From contig MFGB01000023.1 in assembly GCA_001780275.1 (NCBI GenBank), positions 5,375-69,374 of the forward strand: a DNA stretch of 64,000 nucleotides, read 5' to 3'. Below the pieces are notes generated by a model. That model saw only the letters and a list, made by a program, of their open reading frames with translations, searched no databases and was not told the origin of the DNA. The stretch is from Candidatus Falkowbacteria bacterium RIFOXYA2_FULL_47_19. GTDB taxonomy: Bacteria > Patescibacteriota > Patescibacteriia > Patescibacteriales > UBA12075. Positions 50,500-61,094 of this stretch are shown piece by piece. Positions within the stretch are counted from its first letter, which is position 1. Every line of letters begins with the position of its first letter. Position numbers and translations under genes: made by a program.

Positions 50500-51951
50500 T
50501 TATTTTTTATTTTGAAGCAGGGCAACAAAACTATTATTACTCACAACCAGTTCCCATCCGTATTTACCGAAAAGTTTTTTAAGTTGATCAAAATTTACTT
50601 CCTTGTTTTCTATATCTTCTTCCTCTGAAAAGGTTCCTCGCCAGATGGTTCCGATCCGCGAAACCCTTGTAATTTCCTGAAAATATTCTTCAATCTTTTT
50701 TAGCGTAGACGGCAAAAACGCCGGAAAAGATTCCACGCTCAAAAGACGATTAAAACTATCGGTTTTAAAAGAAAGCGCGCCAAAATCGCCTGACACCAAA
50801 TTAGATATTTTTTCGTCTGGTTGCTGATAGGCTAACCTGTGGTCAAGGCCTACGCAGCTAATATTTTTCTCTTTGTATTTATTATTAATTTCTTCAGTTA
50901 CTTTACCCAACCCGGATCCAAGATCCAATATCTTTGCCCCTTTTTCAAAAAAACCATCCAAACCACCAAATAAATTTTTCTCTGGCCAATCCCATTCAAA
51001 ATTAATTGACTTATTTCTTTCCCCTCCCTGTTTTGCCGGCAAATAATGCTCGAGCGTATGATAATATTTTTTATACCCAAATCTCTCATACGCTTTCGAC
51101 GGATCTTCTGGTCTTTTATTCAACCACTTGTAATGCTCTGCTTCTGGAGAATCCTTAAAAATCATTTCTTTATAATCTTTTAACATCCTCATGTTATAAG
51201 CATGCCACCCAGCATCATCATACCCATCGGGTCTGGGAATGTCAGGAACCCCGAATCTCTTTGCCGGTTGTATTTTTTCCTTAGTGATTTTTACATCACA
51301 ATATTCAATGCCACCCCCTTCATACTCTCTTAAAAATTTAACCTGAAAATCACGGCTAAGCACCTTTAATTCGCTCTTCTTTAAACTCGTAATATAAGCC
51401 GAGCCCCCTGGTCGCAATAAATCGCAGATTGAACTTAAATTTTCTTCCCTGCTTTTTTCATCGTTCAAATAACGCATTGAAGCTACACAATCGATAATAA
51501 TATCAAAAGATCCCGGCCCAAAAGGCAATTGCGGCGCTAAAGCCGCCACGCTATTTGAACCGCTCTCTTTTATCTTTTTCAACCTCTTACTTTGAAATTC
51601 ATCAGGATTTTTTACAGTCATATCCTTGCCCCATTTCATTTTGGGCTGCCCCCTCTCTTTATACTGGGCAATTGAATTACCGAGCTTTTCTATATACCAA
51701 TCTCCACTCGCCAAATCTTTGAAATCCATTCCGAGAGTAGGGTCAATCGACACGATCTTCAAATCACCTCTTTTGCCCCTTAGTTCTTCTTCGAACTTTT
51801 GATAAAGTCCGCTGCCTATATTCAAAACCATGCCATCTTTGGGAAATTTATCGATTTCGCTTTCTTCAATTCCCATATCTTCAAGTACTTGCTCTAAGCC
51901 CCTGTCTGTCACTGATAATTCCCCTATTTTTTCTAAATTGATTTTTTCCAT
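50500..51951 (-). CDS. Protein with two tandem class I SAM-methyltransferase domains
   Basis: VLNIGSG...LPF..GSFD...LRPGG and ILDLGSG...LSF..DSFN...RVSRIG. Confidence 0.75.
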   Translation of the reverse strand: MEKINLEKIGELSVTDRGLEQVLEDMGIEESEIDKFPKDGMVLNIGSGLYQKFEEELRGKRGDLKIVSIDPTLGMDFKDLASGDWYIEKLGNSIAQYKERGQPKMKWGKDMTVKNPDEFQSKRLKKIKESGSNSVAALAPQLPFGPGSFDIIIDCVASMRYLNDEKSREENLSSICDLLRPGGSAYITSLKKSELKVLSRDFQVKFLREYEGGGIEYCDVKITKEKIQPAKRFGVPDIPRPDGYDDAGWHAYNMRMLKDYKEMIFKDSPEAEHYKWLNKRPEDPSKAYERFGYKKYYHTLEHYLPAKQGGERNKSINFEWDWPEKNLFGGLDGFFEKGAKILDLGSGLGKVTEEINNKYKEKNISCVGLDHRLAYQQPDEKISNLVSGDFGALSFKTDSFNRLLSVESFPAFLPSTLKKIEEYFQEITRVSRIGTIWRGTFSEEEDIENKEVNFDQLKKLFGKYGWELVVSNNSFVALLQNKK

Positions 51952-52034
51952 TTATTTTAAACTAAACGTATTATATATAACAATATCACAAAAGTGTTCC
52001 ATTGTCATCTGTTTCAAACGAAAAAAATCCGCCG

Positions 52035-52369
52035 ATGTCAACAGAGCATTTTATCGCGATCTACCTGAGCGCCCGGCACGGCGTAATCAAAACGGAATTA
52101 GTCAGTCTCGGCACTCTCACTGCCAGCATCGTCCACCCGCACGAGGTTTTCCGGCCGGCTATCATGAGCCGGGCCTCAAGCATCATCGCTCTCCATAATC
52201 ATCCCTCGGGCGATGTCTCCCCCTCTGAATCGGATATTGAACTGACTAAGCGATTAAAAAATGCCGGGCCTGTCCTGAGTTTATCGAAGGGCAACTCGCC
52301 GGCATTGAAGTTTTGGATCATGTGATATTTTGCGCGGGAAAAAAATTTTATTCTATCGACGGCAAATAA
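52035..52369 (+). pseudogene. radC: radC JAB-domain fragment frameshifted by a 23-bp insertion
   Basis: EHF...L..R..VI....VSLGTL..SIVHP.EVF..AI...ASSII..HNHPSG; removing 52269-52291 restores ...AGQLAGIEVLDHVIF. Confidence 0.8.
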
Positions 52370-52485
52370 ATATCTCAATAAAAATTACTTATACTTCTAT
52401 ATTGTTTCAATCACCTTTTTCAAATTTTCCTCCGCCCCGGGGGTATTCTAAAAAACCATTTTTACCATAAACGGTATTTTATTAA

Positions 52486-53184
52486 TTAAGTTTCCAGAAC
52501 GCATTGTCTAATATTTTCACACCCGTTATTATCTTTATACTTAATAAAATAATCTATCTCTTCAGATTTCACATTACTTGATTTGATAAACTCGATTAAC
52601 TTTCTGGTCCATTCATTCCCCATTTGGTCATTAGTATATTTGACATCAACTACCTGAAAATCACCACCTCTTAAAAATACTGTTGCTCCATTATCAACAA
52701 TTGAATCAGTCTTAGAATTGTAAAATTTTACTTGAGGCAAAAAACTAAATTCTGAATTTTTTATACTTAATACTAATAAAGGTTTTTCTATGCTACCACT
52801 GCAAGAAGATTTATTAAAAATTTTAAAAGAAAGATAGAAGTCATAATCTTGATTTATTAATATACTGATAGGACCCTTCTTAATTCTTGTTAAAGCGCTC
52901 TCTCCATTTTCGTATTTACGGTTAAAACAACTAACCAGATTTATATCAGACATTTTTAAATCAGACTTCATTTGATATGCTGTCATTTTGGCCATCTCCC
53001 TTGTTTGATGAGCATAAAAACCAGTGATAATAACAAGAACTAAAGTAATAATTGCAAGTAAAAAATTAGAATAATCATTTAAAGTGTCAATATAAATATA
53101 TGCCAAACGACCAGATGTAAATAACACAATCAATAGTCCTGCTATTAACAAATTTTTTCTAGAAAATATTTTTTTCATATACAT
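52486..53184 (-). CDS. Membrane-anchored hypothetical protein
   Basis: Two N-terminal TMs (T.VLV.IT..YA..T); AT-rich. Confidence 0.65.
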   Translation of the reverse strand: MYMKKIFSRKNLLIAGLLIVLFTSGRLAYIYIDTLNDYSNFLLAIITLVLVIITGFYAHQTREMAKMTAYQMKSDLKMSDINLVSCFNRKYENGESALTRIKKGPISILINQDYDFYLSFKIFNKSSCSGSIEKPLLVLSIKNSEFSFLPQVKFYNSKTDSIVDNGATVFLRGGDFQVVDVKYTNDQMGNEWTRKLIEFIKSSNVKSEEIDYFIKYKDNNGCENIRQCVLET

Positions 53185-53193
53185 AGATTATTG

Positions 53194-56100
53194 TTAATCC
53201 TTTCTTTTGGTAATATACCCATATACCCTATTTTCAAGAATTTTATATCGTATATCTATATTTACTTGATGTATCAAAGCAGAATGATTAATCTTGTATC
53301 TACAAATTGATAAAAATTTATTCCCCCACTCTATTTTATTTCTTTTATTCAATATTGGTATATATAATTTAGGAAATATTATCTCTAATTGATTATCGGT
53401 TACACTAAAATTCTTTAATAGATACAAAACAACATCAGAGGCAACATTTATAACTGAATTTATATTTGTTCCGTATTCTTCGGACCATATTAAGTTTAAA
53501 TTCAGTTTATCAATGTTCTTCGGATTTATAATTAGATTATTTTCAGTACCAACAAACATACATTTGATAATTTCTTCGGCACTTGTTGGTAGAAATCTTT
53601 CCCTATAAACAGTCAGCCAATGAAATGTTTCCAAATATTCATCCCAGGTAATCTTATTTGAATCAAGAAGAACACGAATTATAACCCATAAAGAAAAATA
53701 TATCGGTTGATTTTTGCCTGTTAGCCGGGAATTATAAGTTAAATATGAAAAATCTTCAGTCATCACAATCACATCGCCATCTTTTTGTTGCGCTTTTATG
53801 CAAGCATCTGATACTGATGGTAAAATTCTTTTTTCAATTTCGTTTTCATTTCTTTCACTATCAGCAACGCCAAAAATTTTTGCGTTTTTATTAATATAAT
53901 CATTAAATCCACACAATACTTCCTTAATTTTTTCTGAGCTTTCTTGGTCGTATTGCGAAAAATGAACATCACTTCCTCTCATACCAATTTGCATTGATCC
54001 TCTTTTAGGTACATTAGAAAACTTTTCTATCAGCCTCTTGTATTCCAACATAGCTGAAAATGGAACGTAATAATCTGGTAAATTAGATAAAACTTTCTTA
54101 TAGCTGCCGGACTCTAACAACATAAATAATGAAGTTCCATCTATAAAAACTTTTCTTCCCTGAATTGCCATAATAGCTTTTTCCTTTTGACTGTTTATGT
54201 CTTCCTGACTAAAATTAATATTAACAAATCCTTTTTTGTTAAATCTTATTTTTGAAAAAGCTTCTCCTATATTACCAACCAAAGATATATAAAAACTAAA
54301 AGGCAGTTTATTATTGACATACATCTTATAACATTCATTTTCTTTACCCATAAACTTCAACATCGATTCTTTTATTGATTCAGGTGTAGTACCAACTTCA
54401 ATCATTTTCATATAAGGACTTCCAGCTTTGCCCATTTTCTCCATAAGTTTAAAACCTTGAAATCCGATATAGTCTTCGATTATTCTTATATCTTCTACTT
54501 TTCTTTTTATTTTAACCATCCTACCATCGTCTCCGGCCCATTCAATTTTATCTCCAAGTTTTACATTTATTAAAGCCTTGTACCTTCTATCATTTTTGTT
54601 ATTAAGCTGAACTGCATTTAGAGGACTTCCTTCTCCCATAAAAAACCAATCTTCAATTTTTTCTAATTTTACAAAAACACCATCACTAATAATTTTAGGT
54701 CGTTCAAACTCAAAATCAAAAATATTTTGTATGATCATAAGCTGATAAGAAACAGCACCCAAACACTGATCATCAATCTTCTCAACACTTTTTATTGCAT
54801 TAACTGCAGCTTCAATTGACTCTTTTTTTAATTTCTTTGCTAAATATATTTCAGATTCCTTTATATATAGGCGGAAATCTTTTTTTACATCACTATATTG
54901 TTTGGATAAATTAAATGCATCGTTTCCATTACCGTCAGATAACAAAATATCCAAACAAATAAATAATATATAACTCTGGCCAGAGGGACTAATCTTATCT
55001 TTATTTTCTAAAACTTTTTTTCCATTTGATAAAGCGTCCGGAAATTCCCCTAAATTATATTGTGCGATAACCAAATTTGCTAAAAACGAAAATTCTTCTT
55101 GAGGATAAGCCCCCAACATCAATAATCTCTGTAGAGTATCTCTCTCAATGTTTGGATATATGCCAATGAACTTTGCTACTTCAAATGCTAACCGACAAAT
55201 TATTGGATCAGCCTTCTTGATGTTTATTTTTTTTACTACCTCAATTGCAGCATCATATTCTTTGTTGTCATACAGCAATCCGAGTTGCACTCTATGCAAC
55301 AAAGATTTCCAATCATTTCCTATCTTATTAATAAAACTATTAATTAAATCGATTTTAAATTCAAATTCCTTGATACTTATTATAATTTTGACTTTTTTAT
55401 TATCTTCAAATTTACTGATCTTCTCTTTTATTGTTTGCTTATTGCCCGATTCGATTGCTTCAAGCAATTCCTTTTCCTCGTAAGCTTTGCCAATTTTGCA
55501 TAGTTTTTTCAGCCTCGAATAATCATTAAAATAAGTAATCCCATTTACCGCCAAAATAAATAATAAATTCTTAGATGGTTTTTTTCTGGAATTTTCTATA
55601 TATACCAATATATTTTCAATAACATCTTTTGACAGCAAAGATTGCGCGCCATCCAAAATCTCGCATAATACATTGTCGTTATATGAATCAAAATATGACC
55701 CCAAAATGTAAGATAGTAATGTTTTTAAATTTTGACGAATTTTATTCTCATCAGCATTCGGATGTTGTAAAAAGAAAAAATTCATTTTCAAACGTTCAAT
55801 TTCTAACTTTCTTTTAACTACATCATCTTTGACTGTATAATTCTCTAAACTCTCAATCTCTTTCTGTAATATAATTGCCTCAGAAAAAAAATCAAAATCA
55901 CTATTTTCATTTTTCAATGCTAATAAGTCAAAAATTTTAAATCCAACTTTTTGAATCTTGTAATGTATATAACTAGAGTCTGTTTCTATGGCCTTCTCAA
56001 GATAGCTATCCCTTTTATCTTTATCCTGTTGTAATGAAATTGAATGTATATAATAACAATGTGCTCTCTCCCAGGTACCATCTTCCCCCCAAATTTCATC

Positions 56101-56928
56101 ATCTGGAATTTCTATTTTCTTTTCGGTTTTTAATCTTTTTACATACTTTAAATTGTAAATTACAGGGTGATCTGGAGTTATCTCTTTGGCCTTTTTGTAA
56201 TAGCGACCAAATGAATCATAATTATCTACTTGCAAATAAATATCAGCTAAATATAAATATGGCCTAATTTCTTTTGAAAATTCTTTAATAATTTCTTTAT
56301 TTTTAATTATTGCTTCTTCAATTTTTTCAGCCTCTTGATAGGCCTTTGCCTCAAGAGTTAAAAAGTCTATATATACATCTTGTTCATTATTGATAGAAAT
56401 AAAGTGCTTTAATTGATTCAGAATATCTATCACTCTGTTCGGTTGACCGTTCCTTGCATATTTTCTGCAACGCTTTATTATCTTTTTTAAGCCTTTTGAA
56501 ATTATCTTTTGATCGCTTTCATTTAAATTCTTTTTATTTTTAATATCATCTAAAACTAATAATATTTCTTCGGTATTTTTTTTAGTTAGTTTTATATCCT
56601 CCAAATCATTATTTTGAAGCGAATTTTTGTCAATTTGATATTTTATTAAAAATAAAAATATTAATATTAATACGAAGTCAGTAAATACAACTAATTGGCT
56701 ACCTCCAAAAAATAAAACTAATATATCAATTAAAATTTCAATAAAAAAATTAAGACCGTATTCAAGTTTAATACGATATACAATTTCCAATATTTGATCA
56801 GATAAACCAAAAACACCTAACTGAGACAAAAAATGCACAATTAGAAAAAACAGAATTGTAGTCAAGGATTTTTGCCTTGAATAGACAATTTTTATAATTT
56901 CTAATATTTGATACAGAAATTCTTTCAT
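53194..56928 (-). CDS. TM-TPR-GreAB-C-PIN conflict-system protein
   Basis: N-terminal TMs; TPR-like helices; KALINVKLGDKIEW (GreA/B C-like); PIN-like VFIDGTSL...D...MTED; probable start MKEFL (56928). Confidence 0.7.
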   Translation of the reverse strand: MKEFLYQILEIIKIVYSRQKSLTTILFFLIVHFLSQLGVFGLSDQILEIVYRIKLEYGLNFFIEILIDILVLFFGGSQLVVFTDFVLILIFLFLIKYQIDKNSLQNNDLEDIKLTKKNTEEILLVLDDIKNKKNLNESDQKIISKGLKKIIKRCRKYARNGQPNRVIDILNQLKHFISINNEQDVYIDFLTLEAKAYQEAEKIEEAIIKNKEIIKEFSKEIRPYLYLADIYLQVDNYDSFGRYYKKAKEITPDHPVIYNLKYVKRLKTEKKIEIPDDEIWGEDGTWERAHCYYIHSISLQQDKDKRDSYLEKAIETDSSYIHYKIQKVGFKIFDLLALKNENSDFDFFSEAIILQKEIESLENYTVKDDVVKRKLEIERLKMNFFFLQHPNADENKIRQNLKTLLSYILGSYFDSYNDNVLCEILDGAQSLLSKDVIENILVYIENSRKKPSKNLLFILAVNGITYFNDYSRLKKLCKIGKAYEEKELLEAIESGNKQTIKEKISKFEDNKKVKIIISIKEFEFKIDLINSFINKIGNDWKSLLHRVQLGLLYDNKEYDAAIEVVKKINIKKADPIICRLAFEVAKFIGIYPNIERDTLQRLLMLGAYPQEEFSFLANLVIAQYNLGEFPDALSNGKKVLENKDKISPSGQSYILFICLDILLSDGNGNDAFNLSKQYSDVKKDFRLYIKESEIYLAKKLKKESIEAAVNAIKSVEKIDDQCLGAVSYQLMIIQNIFDFEFERPKIISDGVFVKLEKIEDWFFMGEGSPLNAVQLNNKNDRRYKALINVKLGDKIEWAGDDGRMVKIKRKVEDIRIIEDYIGFQGFKLMEKMGKAGSPYMKMIEVGTTPESIKESMLKFMGKENECYKMYVNNKLPFSFYISLVGNIGEAFSKIRFNKKGFVNINFSQEDINSQKEKAIMAIQGRKVFIDGTSLFMLLESGSYKKVLSNLPDYYVPFSAMLEYKRLIEKFSNVPKRGSMQIGMRGSDVHFSQYDQESSEKIKEVLCGFNDYINKNAKIFGVADSERNENEIEKRILPSVSDACIKAQQKDGDVIVMTEDFSYLTYNSRLTGKNQPIYFSLWVIIRVLLDSNKITWDEYLETFHWLTVYRERFLPTSAEEIIKCMFVGTENNLIINPKNIDKLNLNLIWSEEYGTNINSVINVASDVVLYLLKNFSVTDNQLEIIFPKLYIPILNKRNKIEWGNKFLSICRYKINHSALIHQVNIDIRYKILENRVYGYITKRKD

Positions 56929-57170
56929 ATAATGTCTCCATTTTAAGCATGATGAAATACTTAATGTAACCCCTAAGTTGATGCTAATATTTGAGATTTT
57001 ATAGTAAGTCAAAGCTACTTAAATCCGTTAACGCACCCGTTAACGTTTATAACCTTCATAATTTAACCTGTTTCATTAAATGCGATATACGCTCGGTAAT
57101 TACCACCTTGTTCTCTAGGTAATAGGATCTTGCTGAAAAAAATTTATCGAAGTATCCCCAAAATTCCACA

Positions 57171-57836
57171 TTATTTTTTCCTGTTAATTTTTTTTCTCAA
57201 CCATTCAAAGAATTTATCTTCACATACTTCAAACATATTTTTCCTTATAAATTTCTCACCCCTTTCCCTTAAAATCCAATCAAGGTATCTTTGCGTTCTG
57301 AAGTACCATGCAATAAAACCGAACAACATCAAGAAAAAACCAGCAATCAAACAAATTTTTGTTAACAACTCTGATTCTTTTTTATAGCGCTGACTAGACT
57401 GATCCATCTTACTAAATGCGTCTTCATAATATTCGCCTCCCTCATTTTTCACTTCTTCTAATGTGCTTATATAATCATCAAAAAATTCAATGGTTTTTTT
57501 CTGTTGATCATTACAAAACTGCATTTTTTCATTATACACCTGAACAAAATATTTGTTTTCTCCGCCCGCTAAATCCTTATAACATTTTTCAGTTATTTCT
57601 GAAATATTTTTTATATATTTATCTGCACTATTTATTGATCCAGTGATCGATTCTTCTCTAAATTTCATTTCACTCATTACTTCATTCCTATACTGCCACA
57701 TTTTTTTATTATAGCTATCCGGAATAAAAAAAGCGGTTACAAATAAAGCCAACCCAAAAATAGCAATAAACTTATATAGATTATCGGCTGGTAAACTTTT
57801 TTGAGGATTTAAGTCCATATTAAATTTTATTGACAC
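57171..57836 (-). CDS. Two-TM protein with a helical extracytoplasmic domain
   Basis: P.DNLYKF.A..GL N-terminal TM; GF..WY...Q...D C-terminal TM. Confidence 0.65.
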   Translation of the reverse strand: MSIKFNMDLNPQKSLPADNLYKFIAIFGLALFVTAFFIPDSYNKKMWQYRNEVMSEMKFREESITGSINSADKYIKNISEITEKCYKDLAGGENKYFVQVYNEKMQFCNDQQKKTIEFFDDYISTLEEVKNEGGEYYEDAFSKMDQSSQRYKKESELLTKICLIAGFFLMLFGFIAWYFRTQRYLDWILRERGEKFIRKNMFEVCEDKFFEWLRKKINRKK

Positions 57837-57842
57837 GTACCA

Positions 57843-59318
57843 TTACTCCGCAATCCCAACTTTCCTAATATCATCATTCGCAATCCCAAGTCCCAACTCC
57901 CGCATAATAGTGTATGCCGCGCCGCCGTCTTTTAGGTAATGCGCATCACCGTCAAAATCGATGTAATAAGCCTGACCCCGGTCTTCGACTTGCAAAAAAA
58001 TTTTACCGCTGTGCTTTTTGGCAAAATCCTTATCCGATCTCATCTTGCTCAAATTCTCATTGGTTATTCCGACACCCAAATCCCTCATTATATTGTAAGC
58101 CTCGCTTCCGTCCGCCAGGTAATAACGCTTCTTGTCTTTGGGATTCACGTACCAGGCTTCGCCGCGGCCTTCGACCTGCAATAAAATTTTTCCCGTCAGG
58201 CGATCAGTCAATGCTTTGTCTGCCTTAGCTATCATTTTCCTTTCCTCCTCAATAAAAGATTTTATCTTTTCCATCCTATTTTCATTAGAAATACCCAAAA
58301 CTTCCACCTTTTTCTCGACGCATTTTGTCTGATCCGCGCTCCATTCATAACCGTCAACACAGGAACAGCTCGAGTTATTATTATCCCCTTTCACGCCGCT
58401 AACATTTACTCCGAAAGACTTCTCGCAATTCTTCGTATGCGAAATACATTCATTGCTCACCAAAATATATCCATCCGGACAGGTTTTTTGAACGCAATCA
58501 AAATTTTTGGGATCAGCATAATCCTCCCAAGTATACCCAGTATCGCAAACGCATTGACTATCGGTAGTAGAATATGAGTTTAATCCGCACTTATTGTTCG
58601 ACGCTTGAAGCAGCCGGTAAAGAGCATCGTAATCAACTTCGGTATCGCCGTCATCCACACATTCGTCGCCGTCAAAACGATATCCATGATCGCACTCACA
58701 CTCCTTGGATAAATTATCAAAGTTGGAATGGTAACCATATTTATTGTGGCAATACGTGCTACCGCTGACGCATATCAGATCGTCCAGAATACCTACGTCA
58801 AAAACATATCCATAACCGCATTCGCATTTGTCACTCAAAGAGTTGTGTCTAGCATTAAAACCGTATAAATTTTGACAATAAGTATCATATGAAATACACT
58901 GACCGCCGCTCATTATATAATTATAGTTACATTCGCAGGTATTACTCAAGCTGTTAAATCGAGAATTATATCCGTATTTACTCTGGCAGTATGAACTTCC
59001 CGATATACACCCGCTACCGCCGCTATTAGTAACATATCCCGAATTACATTTACAAGAATCGCTTAAATAGCTGTAGGTTGAATTTGAGGGGCAAGTCGGC
59101 GTACTATACGACGGGGAACTGTATGAAGGAGAACTATGCCCACCAGAACATTCAGGATAATAGGGAGCGCACGTTGCGGACAACGGCGTCCCGTCGCAAC
59201 AACCGCATCCACAAACGCCGCCGTGCCAAGAACAACAGCCACTTCTCGCCTCGGCAATATTCGGCATAAATACACCGACACCGAACACAATACAAAGAGT
59301 TGCAATAATTTTTTTCAT
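57843..59318 (-). CDS. Secreted Cys-rich (EGF-like repeat) protein with C-terminal CPR-type repeats
   Basis: Signal peptide; GCCSWHGGVC; YC...YG......LS..CEC..(G/N)Y x3; GKI.LQVE.RG.A.Y x2 as in 20347-21219. Confidence 0.8.
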   Translation of the reverse strand: MKKIIATLCIVFGVGVFMPNIAEARSGCCSWHGGVCGCGCCDGTPLSATCAPYYPECSGGHSSPSYSSPSYSTPTCPSNSTYSYLSDSCKCNSGYVTNSGGSGCISGSSYCQSKYGYNSRFNSLSNTCECNYNYIMSGGQCISYDTYCQNLYGFNARHNSLSDKCECGYGYVFDVGILDDLICVSGSTYCHNKYGYHSNFDNLSKECECDHGYRFDGDECVDDGDTEVDYDALYRLLQASNNKCGLNSYSTTDSQCVCDTGYTWEDYADPKNFDCVQKTCPDGYILVSNECISHTKNCEKSFGVNVSGVKGDNNNSSCSCVDGYEWSADQTKCVEKKVEVLGISNENRMEKIKSFIEEERKMIAKADKALTDRLTGKILLQVEGRGEAWYVNPKDKKRYYLADGSEAYNIMRDLGVGITNENLSKMRSDKDFAKKHSGKIFLQVEDRGQAYYIDFDGDAHYLKDGGAAYTIMRELGLGIANDDIRKVGIAE

Positions 59319-59652
59319 CCGATTAATTTACGCCAAGCACGCTATCGTAATTTATTTTTTAATAATGTTTATAGCCTCACCTTACCATATGTTAATCTTT
59401 TATTCAATAGATTTTATCGCTAAAAATAAAAAAAATCAGCCATTTTTGACAAGATCGTTAAAAATAATCATAGAAATAAAATTTTCATAAAAAAAATATA
59501 AAATTTTCCTGGAGAGGAGATTAAAAAACCGCCCCCTTAGGGCGATCTTCTGCCATCTGGACTTAAAACAATATCGTGGCCTTGCATGCGACCCAGAAGG
59601 TGTCCTGCCTAATCAAAAAGAAAAACAGTTCCCTCGGAACTGTTTTTCTTTT

Positions 59653-59675
59653 TGGCACGGGTGGTAGGAATCGAA
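59653..59675 (-). mobile_element. tRNA 3'-end fragment (att-like scar)
   Basis: Minus strand TTCGATTCCTACCACCCGTGCCA = T-loop, T-stem, acceptor strand, G discriminator and CCA; no 5' half; followed by a terminator hairpin at about 59615-59653. Confidence 0.65.
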
Positions 59676-59848
59676 GGGGCGAAAGCCCCACTCCATCATA
59701 TTTCACGGACGGTGCGGCTGAAGTTTAAAATATTAGTTTAAATATTCTATTTTATAAAAACGTATTATCAGGGTGGATTCTCTGCACACCGCCCACACAA
59801 ATTTAAAAGCTCTCCGAAAGGAGAGCCTTTAAATTTGCACGGGATCGT

Positions 59849-59880
59849 GGACAGTGTTAGAACCAAAATTGAACAATAAT
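59849..59880 (+). repeat. Imperfect direct repeat, copy 1 (copy 2 at 61095-61125)
   Basis: GGACAGTGTTAGAACCAAAATTGAACAATAAT vs GGACAGTGTTCGAACC-AAATTGAACAATAAT. Confidence 0.8.
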
Positions 59881-59975
59881 TTATAGATACAGAGATGTTT
59901 CTATCTAAACATTAAACTTTTTACACTACAAACAAAAGTCACAGTATATTGAACTGGAGATTTTTTTATTCATAT

Positions 59976-60866
59976 TTAGTTCTCAAATAGTGCGACTGTG
60001 TTGTTATACTGAAGCAATTTTCCGGCGCTTGAGATAAATAATCTTACGGTAGGTTTGGAATCGACGGCCGACCTGCCGACGAGTTCGTCCGAAAGCTTGT
60101 ATTTTTCATCTTGCCACTTCCATTGCCATCGACTCATGTCATCAACGGGGGTGACTGTAAGCGGTTGCGCAAGTCCAAGATTTTTAAGATACGTTTTTCC
60201 AACCTCTTTTATTTGGGCTTCCGAAACCTTAGGTAAGAATAGATCGCCTTTTGTGCATATACCTTGATAGTCCTCCGGGTAAACTACGCGAACCTCCACA
60301 ATATCGTGAGTCTTTGGATATACTTCATACTCATAGACCTGGCAGGTTTCTTCAATCTCTTTAGTTGCTCTGTAAATATTTACTATCCGCTTCCATGCCT
60401 GGGGTGTATCAATACGCTCATCACCTTGATCCGAAAGTTTTGTTAGCATCCCTACGTTAAAGTTTGCGGGGGATTGGCTACGGGAATATTCCACCACGAA
60501 ATTTGCGTCACCCATAAATTTCTTGATTGCATCTGTATCAGCCCGCATGGTTGCATCATCTGGCATTGTTAATGCCTTTACTGCAGCGTTATACCGAGCC
60601 TCGGCTACATCCACCTTTTTCTTTGATTCTCCACAAAAAACATCTTGGCCTCGTTCGTTCTTTTCCACGCAACCATGTTCAAATTCGTACTGAGCAATCT
60701 GACTCATTTCTTGTTGTAATTCTTCCACAGTTGGAATTTTGTCAGACAAAGGGATTTGTGTATCAATTTTTGTTTCATTACTTATAAGAATCGTAATGCC
60801 CGCTAATAATACGATACCAAAAATTCCTACGATTATTTTTATTTGTTGTGGTTTTGAAGTAAGCAT
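59976..60866 (-). CDS. Membrane-anchored hypothetical protein
   Basis: 296 aa; N-terminal TM; lies between the two direct repeats. Confidence 0.7.
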   Translation of the reverse strand: MLTSKPQQIKIIVGIFGIVLLAGITILISNETKIDTQIPLSDKIPTVEELQQEMSQIAQYEFEHGCVEKNERGQDVFCGESKKKVDVAEARYNAAVKALTMPDDATMRADTDAIKKFMGDANFVVEYSRSQSPANFNVGMLTKLSDQGDERIDTPQAWKRIVNIYRATKEIEETCQVYEYEVYPKTHDIVEVRVVYPEDYQGICTKGDLFLPKVSEAQIKEVGKTYLKNLGLAQPLTVTPVDDMSRWQWKWQDEKYKLSDELVGRSAVDSKPTVRLFISSAGKLLQYNNTVALFEN

Positions 60867-61094
60867 ATTAATTGCTTTAATTTTGACTTAATTTCAGTAT
60901 ACCTTATCAGTCCTGTTTTGTCGTGTTCAGTCTAGTGGTGAAAAGGAAAAAGGGTCAGACACCTTTTTCCCTAAAGTCATGGGGTCAAGTCTTGAATTTT
61001 GACTTTTTAGTTTGCTACGCCCTTAATGACCTGTTAATAGTCGAATGGGGTAGGTTCTCTACACATCACTCACGCAAATCTAAAATCTTTCCTT

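Noticed and set aside
59540..59612. c-di-GMP-I riboswitch-like words on the minus strand
   Set aside because: Lacks the GNRA-capped P2 and a consistent P3; the similarity is superficial.
59653..59730. Intact tRNA gene
   Set aside because: Only the 3' 23 nt fit; no matching 5' T-stem strand, anticodon arm or D arm can be folded.
45045..60866. Integron cassette array (run of co-oriented AT-rich genes)
   Set aside because: No integron integrase, and no recurrent RYYYAAC...GTTRRRY attC structures between genes.
60941..61010. GGGTCAGACACC and GGGGTCAAGTCTTG strings resembling RAYT-associated repeats
   Set aside because: Single degenerate copies and no tyrosine transposase in the window; cannot be supported from this sequence alone.
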